DNA of 64,000 nucleotides from Octopus vulgaris. Taxonomy: Eukaryota. The stretch is from the NCBI GenBank assembly GCA_951406725.2, contig OX597841.1:20832001-20896000 (forward strand). The letters run 5' to 3'. The position numbers and the translations under genes are program-made. A model generated the notes under the pieces. That model was not told the DNA's origin, did no database searches, and saw only the letters and a list, made by a program, of their open reading frames with translations. This document shows positions 1 through 8,785 of the stretch, in pieces. Position 1 is the stretch's first letter. Every line of letters starts with the position of its first letter.

Positions 1-335
1 GGTTAGGGTTAAGGGTTAGGGTTAAGGGTTGGGGTTGGGGTTAGGGTTAGGGTTAGTGTTAGGGTTAGGGATCAGGTTAAGGGTTAGAGTTAGGGTTAGG
101 TTAAGAGTTAGGGTTAGGTTTAAGGGTTAGGGTTAGGGTTAGGGTTAAGGGTAATGGCTAGGGTTAGGGTTAGTGTTAGGTTTAGGTTTAGGGTTAGGGT
201 TATGGTTAGGATTAGGGTTAGGGTTAGGGATCGGGTTAGGTTTAGGGTTAGGGTAAGTTTTAGGGTTCGGGTTAAGGATTAGGGTTAGGGTTAGGGTTAG
301 GTTAAGGGTTAGGGTTAGGGTTAGGGTTAGGGTTA
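1..335 (+). repeat. Degenerate telomeric (TTAGGG)n tract, G-rich strand on +
   Basis: Direct reading: GGGTTA/TTAGGG units mixed with variants (TTAAGGG, TTGGGG, TTAGTG, TTAGAG, ATCAGG, ATCGGG, TTAGG, TTCGGG). Ends ...GGGTTA at 335 and joins the satellite at TGTGTATGGACGC. Truncated by the window start. Confidence 0.95.
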
Positions 336-3300
336 TGTGTATGGACGCATGATGTGTGATCGAGGCTTGTTTCTATGGACGCATGATGTGTGATCGAGGC
401 TTGTTTCTATGGACGCATGATGTGTGATCGAGGCTTGTTTGTATGGACGCATGATGTGTGAACGAGGCTTGTTTGTATGGACGCATGATGTGTGATCGAG
501 GCTTGTTTGTATGGACGCATGATGTGTGATCGAGGCTTGTTTGTATGGACGCATGATGTGTGAACGAGGCTTGTTTGTTTGGACGCATGATGTGTGATCG
601 AGGCTTCTTTGTATGGACGCATGATGTGTGATCGAGGCTTGTTTGTATGGACGCATGATGTGTGAACGAGGCTTGTTTGTATGGACGCATGATGTGTGAA
701 CGAGGCTTGTTTGTATGGACGCATGATGTGTGAACGAGGCTTGTTTGTATGGACGCATGATGCGTGAACGAGGCTTGTTTGTATGGACGCATGATGTGTG
801 AACGAGGCTTGTTTGTATGGACGCATGATGTGTGAACGAGGCTTGTTTGTATGGACGCATGATGTGTGAACGAGGCTTCTTTGTATGGACGCATGATGTG
901 TGAACGAGGCTTGTTTGTATGGACGCATGATGTGTGAACGAGGCTTCTTTGTATAGACGCATGATGTGTGAACGAGGCTTGTTTGTATGGACGTTTGATG
1001 TGTGAACGAGGCTTGTTTGTATAGACGCATGATGTGTGAACGAGGCTTGTTTGTATGGACGCATGATGTGTGAACGAGGCTTGTTTGTATGGACGCATGA
1101 TATGTGAACGAGGCTTGTATGTATGGACGCATGTAGTGTGAACGAGGCTTGTTTGTATGGACGCATGATGTGTGAACGAGGCTTGTTTGTATGGACGTTT
1201 GATGTGTGAACGAGGCTTGTTTGTATAGACGCATGATGTGTGAACGAGGCTTGTTTGTATGGACGCATGATGTGTGAACGAGGCTTGTTTGTATGGACGC
1301 ATGATGTGTGAACGAGGCTTGTTTGTATGGACGCATGATGTGTGAACGAGGCTTGTTTGTATGGACGCATGATGTGTGAACGAGGCTTGTTTGTATGGAC
1401 GCATGATGTGTGAACGAGGCTTGTTTGTATGGACGCATGATGTGTGAACGAGGCTTGTTTGTATGGACGCATGATGTGTGAACGAGGCTTCTTTGTATGG
1501 ACGCATGATGTGTGAACGAGGCTTGTTTGTATTGACGCATGATGGGTTAACGAGGCTAGTTTCTATGGACGCAAAATGTGTGAACGAGGCTTGTTTGTAT
1601 GGACGCATGATGTGTGAACGAGGCTTGTTTGTATGGACGCATGATGTGTGAACGAGGCTTGTTTCTATGGACGCAAGATTTGTGAACGAGGCTTCTTTGT
1701 ATGGACGCATGATGTGTGAACGAGGCTTGTTTGTATGGACGCATGATGTGTGAACGAGGCTTGTTTGTATGGACGCATGATGTGTTATCGAGGCTTGTTT
1801 GTATGGACGCATGATGTGTGAACGAGGCTTGTTTGTATGGACGCATGATGTGTGAACGAGGCTTGTTTGTATGGACGCATGATGTGTGAACGAGGCTTGT
1901 TTGTATGGACGCATGATGTGTGATCGAGGCTTGTTTGTATGGACGCATGATGTGTGAACGAGGCTTGTTTGTATGGACGCATGATGTGTGAACGAGGCTT
2001 GTTTGTATGGACGCATGATGTGTGAACGAGGCTTGTTTGTATGGACGCATGATGTGTGAACGAGGCTTGTTTGTATGGACGCATGATGTGTGATCGAGGT
2101 TTGTTTGTTTGGACGCATGATGTGTGATCGAGGCTTGTTTGTTTCGACGCATGATGTGTGAACGAGGCTTGTTTGTATGGACGCAAGATTTGTGAACGAT
2201 GCTTGTTTGTATGGACGCATGATGTGTGAACGAGGCTTGTTTGTTTGGACGCATGATGTGTGAACGAGGCTTGTTTGTATGGACGCATGATGTGTGAACG
2301 AGGCTTGTTTGTTTGGACGCATGATGTGTGAACGAGGCTTGTTTGTTTGGACGCATGATGTGTGAACGAGGCTTGTTTGTATGGACGCATGATGTGTGAA
2401 CGAGGCTTGTTTCTATGGACGCAAGATTTGTGAACGAGGCTTCTTTGTATGGACGCATGATGTGTGAACGAGGCTTGTTTGTATGGACGCATGATGTGTG
2501 AACGAGGCTTGTTTGTATGGACGCATGATGTGTTATCGAGGCTTGTTTGTATGGACGCATGATGTGTGAACGAGGCTTGTTTGTATGGACGCATGATGTG
2601 TGAACGAGGCTTGTTTGTATGGACGCATGATGTGTGAACGAGGCTTGTTTGTATGGACGCATGATGTGTGAACGAGGCTTGTTTGTTTGGACGCATGATG
2701 TGTGAACGAGGCTTGTTTGTATGGAGGCATGATGTGTGAACGAGGCTTGTTTGTTTGGACGCATGATGTGTGAACGAGGCTTGTTTTTTGGACGCATGAT
2801 GTGTGAACGAGGCTTGTTTGTATGGACGAATGATGTGTGAACGAGGCTTGTTAGTTTGGACGTATGATGTGTGAACGAGGCTTGTTTGTATGGACGCATG
2901 ATGTGTGAACGAGGCTTGTTGGTATGGACGCATGATGGGTGAACGAGGCTTGTTTGTATGGACGCATGATTTGTGGACGAGGCTTGTTTGTATGGACACA
3001 TGATGTGTGAACGAGGCTTGTTTGTATGGACGCATGATGTGTGAACGAGGCTTGTTTGTATGGACGCATGATGTGTGAACGAGGCTTGTTAGTTTGGACG
3101 CATGATGTGTGAACGAGGCTTGTTTGTATGGACGCATGATGTGTGAACGAGGCTTGTTTGTATGGACGCATGATGTGTGAACGAGGCTTGTTTGTATGGA
3201 CGCATGATGTGTGAACGAGGCTTGTTTGTATGGACGCATGATGTGTGAACGAGGCTTGTTTGTATGGACGCATGATTTGTGGACGAGGCTTGTTTGTATG

Positions 3301-4151
3301 GACGCATGATGTGTGAACGAGGCTTGTTTGTATGGACGCATGATGTGTGATCGAGGCTTGTTTGTATGGACTCATGATGTGTGAACGAGGCTTGTTAGTA
3401 TGGACGCATGATGTGTGAACGAGGCTTGTTTGTATGGACGCATGATGTGTGAACGAGGCTTGTTTGTATGGACGCATGATGTGTGAACGAGGCTTGTTTG
3501 TATGGACGCATGATGTGTGAACGAGGCTTGTTTGTATGGACGCATGATGTGTGAACGAGGCTTGTTTGTATGGACGCATGATGTGTGAACGAGGCTTGTT
3601 TGTATGGACGCATGATTTGTGGACGAGGCTTGTTTGTATGGACGCATGATGTGTGAACGATGCTTGTTTGTATGGACGCATGATGTGTGAACGATACTTG
3701 TTTGTATGGACGCATGATGTGTGAACGACGCTTGTTTGTATGGACGCATGATGTGTGAACGAGGCTTGTTTGTATGGACGAATGTGTGAACGAGGCTTGT
3801 TTGTATGGACGCATGATGTGTGAACGAGGCTTGTTTGTATGGACGCATGATGGGTTAACCAGGCTTGTTTGTATGGACTCATGATGTGTGAACGAGGCTT
3901 GTTTGTATGGACGCATGATGTGTGAACGAGGCTTGTTTGTATGGACGCATGATGTGTGAACGAGGCTTGTTTGTATGGACGCATGATGTGTGAACGAGGC
4001 TTGTTTGTATGGACGCATGATGTGTGAACGATGCTTGTTTGTATGGACGCATGATGTGTGAACGAGGCTTGTTTGTATGGACGCATGCTGTGTGAACGAG
4101 GCTTGTTTGTATGGACGCATGATGTGTGAACGAGGCTTGTTTGTATGGACT
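336..4151. repeat. 34-bp tandem satellite, proximal block
   Basis: Monomer GGACGCATGATGTGTGAACGAGGCTTGTTTGTAT repeated head-to-tail with period 34. GTGATCGAG variants are concentrated next to the telomeric tract. Confidence 0.98.
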
Positions 4152-4723
4152 TGTAACGGCAGTGAATGGCTTCTCTGCACTTTTTGGGTGCTGTTGGTGC
4201 AATCACTTTCCGTTGCTTTAATATCCAGATTCTACCAGTCAGAAACAACAAGACGCAGACGTAAAAAATATATATCTACTTTATTCTCTTATGACAGTAA
4301 CAAACAAGTGGTGTATCTGGTTTCCCTTTGGTATGGATGTGTCAGAGCTGAACTTTATCGCTGTAGAATTTACAGTGTTCAAATGCAAACGACACTGGTC
4401 AAAAATGGCGTCCGATTAGGGAGAGAAAATGATGTGGTCGGCAACAAATGTCAGGGGGAAACGAAGATAATACGCGTCTTCTTCTATGAAAAGCCTGACT
4501 GCTGCTATCAAATCCGGACAGAGAGAGAGAACTACACGTCTTGTACCTTCGATAGCTGTGTCTCAAGTCACTGCCTACTGGACGCTGGTGGTCAACGTCC
4601 TACGCTCCCCTTGCCTCGCGGCTAAACTGCCACGTAGGCAAATGGTCCTTCTTCCGGTGGTGAAAGCACCAACCCCGCACGCGCGAAACAGAAATGGACG
4701 GTGCGCGAGCGCGCACCGTTATA
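4152..4723 (-). mobile_element. Probable solo LTR of a second (unrelated) LTR-retrotransposon family
   Basis: Unique ~572-bp non-coding insert in the satellite. Termini TGTAACGG (4152) and CCGTTATA (4716-4723) form a 7/8 inverted repeat typical of Gypsy LTR ends. Minus-strand AATAAA (plus TTTATT 4280-4285) lies ~128 bp from the minus-strand 3' end CCGTTACA, nearly the same spacing as in the other LTR family (126 bp). The right junction has 7 extra nt (TAGGATC) and no clean 4-5 bp TSD. Confidence 0.6.
4698..4719. other. Perfect 10-bp GC-rich hairpin ACGGTGCGCG-AG-CGCGCACCGT
   Basis: Arms 4698-4707 and 4710-4719 are exact reverse complements; located at the end of the 4152-4723 insert. Confidence 0.9.
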
Positions 4724-4730
4724 TAGGATC

Positions 4731-5340
4731 ACTCATGATGTGTGAACGAGGCTTGTTTGTATGGACGCATGATGTGTGAACGAGGCTTGTTTGTATGGAC
4801 GCATGATGTGTGAACGAGGCTTGTTTGTATGGACGCATGATGTGTGATCGAAGCTTGTTTGTATGGACGCATGATGTGTGAACGAGGCTTGTTTGTATGG
4901 ACGCATGATGTGTGAACGAGGCTTGTTTGTATGGACGCATGATGTGTGATCGAAGCTTGTTTGTATGGACGCATGATGTGTGATCGAAGCTTGTTTGTAT
5001 GGACGCATGATGTGTGAAAAAGGCTTGTTTGTATGGACGCATGATGTGTGAACGAGGCTTGTTTGTATGGATGCATGATGTGTGAACGAGGCTTGTTTCT
5101 ATGGACGCATGATGTGTGAACGAGGCTTGTTTGTATGGACGCATGATGTGTGATCGAGGCTTGTTTGTATGGACGCATGATGTGTGAACGAGGCTTGTTT
5201 GTATGGACGCATGATGTGTGAACGAGGCTTGTTTGTATGGACGCATGATGTGTGAACGATGCTTGTTTGTATGGACGAATGATGTGTGAACGAGGCTTGT
5301 TTGTATGGACGCATGATTTCTGAACGAGGCTTGTTTGTAT
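4731..5340. repeat. 34-bp satellite, ~18 monomers between the two insertions
   Basis: Same monomer and orientation; local GATCGAAGCTT variant present three times. Confidence 0.98.
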
Positions 5341-5757
5341 TGTAGTGATGCTACTGTGTAGGGTTCGGCGCGCATGCGCAGGATGGGACTACTTCCGGAT
5401 GGCCACCGGAGGTCTTCCCCATGCGCATGTGCGGGAAAACGTTCCCTCGAGCCCGCGAAGCTCAAATCTCTCTCTTCGGCTAAGACAGCATTGCGATCGG
5501 TCACGAATTCCGGGCTCTGACAGCCACACGACCAGCTACCAACTTCAACCAACTTCAACGACTAACACGAAGCAGTATATTAGAGGCTGTCTTTCTCCCA
5601 CCAGACAACGTACTACATCGAAATCAATAAACCAAACTACTGTCTGTTCACCCTTTTAACCTGAGTTCGTCTGTATTGTTTTCTAGAATTTTATATGTGA
5701 CTAGATCGGATATCGACACCCTTCCAGTGTTTCGATAATAGATCCTTTCTCGTTACA
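5341..5757 (+). repeat. LTR1 (5' LTR, 417 bp)
   Basis: Starts TGTAGTGATG, ends CGTTACA, followed by the PBS after 2 nt. AATAAA at 5626-5631. Colinear with LTR4, ~18 substitutions by manual count. Confidence 0.95.
5370..5432. promoter_or_regulatory. Imperfect ~63-bp palindrome in LTR U3 with mirrored NRF1-like and ETS-like motifs
   Basis: GCGCATGCGCA...GGGA..ACTTCCGG-ATGGCCA-CCGGA(G/A)GT..TCCC..TGCGCATGTGC, present in all four LTRs. Motif identities come from known consensus sequences; function is inferred. Confidence 0.5.
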
Positions 5758-5759
5758 AT

Positions 5760-5777
5760 TGGTGACCCCGACGTGAT
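5760..5777 (+). other. Primer-binding site complementary to the tRNA-Trp 3' end
   Basis: TGGTGACCCCGACGTGAT, 18 nt, 2 nt after LTR1; reverse complement ATCACGTCGGGGTCACCA matches the 3' end of metazoan tRNA-Trp including CCA. Confidence 0.92.
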
Positions 5778-6143
5778 GGTCCCACTTGTTTCTCCCTACA
5801 AAGGACCTTTTCGTGTGCTTTCTCGCACATCAAAGGTTTTCACGATTGAGATAAATGGTCGTTCGGAGACCGTTTCCGTGGACCGTTTAAAAAAGGCACA
5901 TTTTGAGACGTCTTAATCTTTTGATGACAACCTTGGCACACCCACCTATGCACCTTTAACAACACTTTCAACTGCACAAACGCCTTCACCTGCACAAACA
6001 CCTTCACCTGCACAGACGCCTTTGCCTTCACCGGCTCCTACAACACCACCCTCGTCAACGGTGCCCCGAGCACACCGTATGTTACAAAATCGGGCAGAAC
6101 AGTGCATTGGCCCAAGAAACTTTCAAAGACAATCTACATTTAA
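5778..6143 (+). pseudogene. Integrase C-terminal remnant (GPY/F region and Pro/Thr-rich tail)
   Basis: Translates PLVSPYKGPFRVLSRTSKVFTIEINGRSETVSVDRLKKAHFETS*, then ...AQTPSPAQTPSP... and, after a frameshift, YVTKSGRTVHWPKKLSKTIYI*. Homologous to the 3' ends of the two pol fragments. Confidence 0.85.
5972..6025 (+). repeat. 3 x 18-bp coding minirepeat (AQTPSP) in the integrase tail
   Basis: CTGCACAAACGCCTTCAC / CTGCACAAACACCTTCAC / CTGCACAGACGCCTTTGC; also present near 8130-8180 and 10290-10345. Confidence 0.85.
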
Positions 6144-6262
6144 CTTTCTTTCAAAATTTTTCTTGTTGTATGATATTATGTACCAAGTCTTCTCGGGGAT
6201 CGGCAAGCCTTCTGTTTTCTGCAGCACCACCACAAATTTTCTTGTTGCTGTACTTCGCACTC

Positions 6263-6271
6263 GGAGGGGAG
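6263..6271 (+). other. Polypurine tract 1
   Basis: GGAGGGGAG followed by CCC and then the LTR start TGTAG. Confidence 0.85.
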
Positions 6272-6274
6272 CCC

Positions 6275-6624
6275 TGTAGTGATGCTACTGTGTAGGGTTC
6301 GGCGCGCATGCGCAGAATGGGACTACTTCCGGATGGCCACCGGAGGTCTTCCCCATGCGCATGTGCGGGAAAACGTTCCCTCGAGCCCGCGAAGCTCAAA
6401 TCTCCCTCTTCGGCTAAGACAGCATTGCGATCGGTCACGAATTCCGGGCTCTGACAGCCACACGACCAGCAACCAACTTCAACCAACTTCAACGACTAAC
6501 ACGAAGCAGTACATCAGAGGCTGTCTTTCTCCCACCAGACAACGTACTACATCGAAATCAATAAACCAAACTACTGTCTGTTCACCCTTTTAACCTGAGT
6601 TCGTCTGTATTGTTTTCTAGAATT
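6275..6624 (+). repeat. LTR2, 3'-truncated (350 of 417 bp)
   Basis: Matches LTR1 up to TTCTAGAATT, then jumps directly into RNase H coding sequence. Confidence 0.93.
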
Positions 6625-8304
6625 CCGTCAACTGCAACCAGCTGAACGACGATACAGCACCTTTGATCGTGAGCTCCTAGCGATCTATCTATCGCTTCGT
6701 CATTTCCAGCATCAACTTGAAGGGCGAGATTTTGTGATCTATACGGATCACAAGCCCCTTACGTTTGCCCTGTTTTCAAAAACGGACAAACTCTCACCCC
6801 GTGCTTTTCGGTACTTGGATTTTATCTCTCAATTCACTAGCAACATTCGACACATACCTGGAAAAGAGAACGTTCCTGCTGACGCTCTCTCTCGCCTTCC
6901 AGTTTGCGCCCTTTCGTCTCCTGCTGCTATCGACTTAGCTGCCATATCGCAGGAGCAGCCACCTTTGGCGTCGTTAGATTTAACTTCTCCCAAGTTCTCC
7001 TGTTGCCAGTTTTCCTACCTTCCGCTTCCGTCAGCCGAGGGCACCATTCTTTGTGACACTTCCACTGGTTCTCCCAGGCCACTGGTGCCTGAGAACCATC
7101 AACGCTCAGTGTTTGAAGCACTGCACTCCTTATCACATCCTGGCATCGCTGCCACCCTTAAACTAATCACTGCTCGGTTTTTCTGGCCGAATATGCGTCG
7201 CACTATTACTTCTTGGACACGCACCTGCTCCAAGTGTCAACGATCCAAGATTCAACGGCACATTCGCGCCCCGCTTGGACAATTTCCCCCACGGAGGCCC
7301 GTTTTCGCCATGTCCACATCGATCTGGTTGGACCATGGCCTGTGAGTCGCGGGTTCTCTTATCTATTAACTTGTGTCGATCGCTTCTCCCGCTGGCCAGA
7401 AGCCATTCCGATAGCAGACATTTCTGCTGAGACTGTTGCGCGAGCTTTCGTTTCAAACTGGATTTCTCGCTTCGGAGTCCCGTCCCGATTGACAACTGAT
7501 CGTGGACGTCAGTTTGAGGCCTCGCTATTTCGCGAATTGTCGCGAATTTTGGGTATGCACCATATCCACACCACAAGCTACCATCCAGCGTCTAATGGAT
7601 TGGTTGAGCGGTTCCATAGACAGCTCAAGGCCGCTCTTCGTGCCTCTTCAGACCCACAGTCCTGGATTGAATTTTTGCCCATTGTACTTCTCGGCTGTCG
7701 GACTGCTGTCAAGGCAGACCTGGGGTTTTCTGCTGCAGAGCTGCTGTATGGTACCACACTGGCATTGCCTGGTACGATGTTGGTGCCAGACACTTTCCAG
7801 CCCCATGATCCGGCGACCTATGTCACCAGACTGCGGGCATATTTTTCGAACCTTCCACCTTCCCAGAAAGCAATCTCCACCGTCCCATCTTCCACCGGAT
7901 ATGAACACCTGGTCGCATGTTTTTGTTCGGGACGACACTGTGAAGGGCCCACTTGATTCTCCCTAGAAAGGACCTTTTCGTGTGCTTTCTCGCACACCAA
8001 AGGTTTTCACGATGGTCGTTCGGAGACCATTTCCGTGGGCCGTTTAAAAGAGGCACATTTTGAGACGTCTTAATCTTTTGATGACAACCTTGACACACCC
8101 ACCGATGCACCTTTAACAACACTTTCAACTGCACAAACGCCTTCACCTGCACAAACACCTTCACCTGCACAGACGCCTTTGCCTTCACCGGCTCCTACAA
8201 CACCACCCTCGCCGTCAACGGGTGCCCCGAGCACACCGTATGTTACAAAATCGGGCAGAACAGTGCATTGGCCCAAGAAACTTTCAAAGACAATCTACAT
8301 TTAA
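6625..8304 (+). pseudogene. pol: pol fragment copy 1: RNase H C-terminal part plus integrase, disrupted
   Basis: RNase H motifs [27 protein letters not shown]; integrase zinc finger H-x3-H...C-x2-C; DDE motifs HIDLVGP / TTDRGRQF / NGLVERFH. Disruptions: frameshift at the C5 run 7286-7290, frameshift near 7860, TAG in the GPY/F motif and a 10-bp deletion. Confidence 0.93.
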
Positions 8305-8423
8305 CTTTCTTTCAAAATTTTTCTTGTTGTATGATATTATGTACCAAGTCTTCTCGGGGATCGGCAAGCCTTCTGTTTTCTGCAGCACCACCACAAATTT
8401 TCTTGTTGCTGTACTTCGCACTC

Positions 8424-8432
8424 GGAGGGGAG
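8424..8432 (+). other. Polypurine tract 2
   Basis: GGAGGGGAG-CCC before LTR3. Confidence 0.85.
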
Positions 8433-8435
8433 CCC

Positions 8436-8785
8436 TGTAGTGATGCTACTGTGTAGGGTTCGGCGCGCATGCGCAGAATGGGACTGCTTCCAGATGGCCA
8501 CCGGAAGTCTTCCCCATGCGCATGTGCGGGAAAACGTTCCCTCGAGCCCGCGAAGCTCAAATCTCTCTCTTCGGCTAAGACAGCATTGCGATCGGTCACG
8601 AATTCCGGGCTCTGACAGCCACACGACCAGCAACCAACTTCAACCAACTTCAACGACTAACACGAAGCAGTACATCAGAGGCTGTCTTTCTCCCACCAGA
8701 CAACGTACTACATCGAAATCAATAAACCAAACTACTGTCTGTTCACCCTTTTAACCTGAGTTCGTCTGTATTGTTTTCTAGAATT
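8436..8785 (+). repeat. LTR3, 3'-truncated (350 bp), mosaic
   Basis: Same truncation junction as LTR2 (TTCTAGAATT|CCGTCAACTG), 2161 bp after the LTR2 start. Confidence 0.93.

Noticed and set aside
1-335. Ordinary left chromosome end
   Set aside because: A left end would read (CCCTAA)n on the + strand; here the orientation is opposite and the tract is degenerate.
4152-4731. Canonical Helitron (3' hairpin) or protein-coding ORFs 4077-4625 and 4486-4779
   Set aside because: No 5' TC or 3' CTRR ends and no A|T target. The ORFs begin or end in satellite and show no recognisable domain. LTR-type termini and poly(A)-signal spacing fit better.
5345-5659. 104-aa ORF repeated in each LTR, and the antisense ORFs across the element
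   Set aside because: They recur only because the LTRs and units are repeated; no recognisable motifs, and they overlap LTR or pol sequence.
5760-5777. tRNA-Trp gene
   Set aside because: Only the 18-nt complement of the tRNA 3' end, including CCA, is present next to an LTR; this is a PBS.
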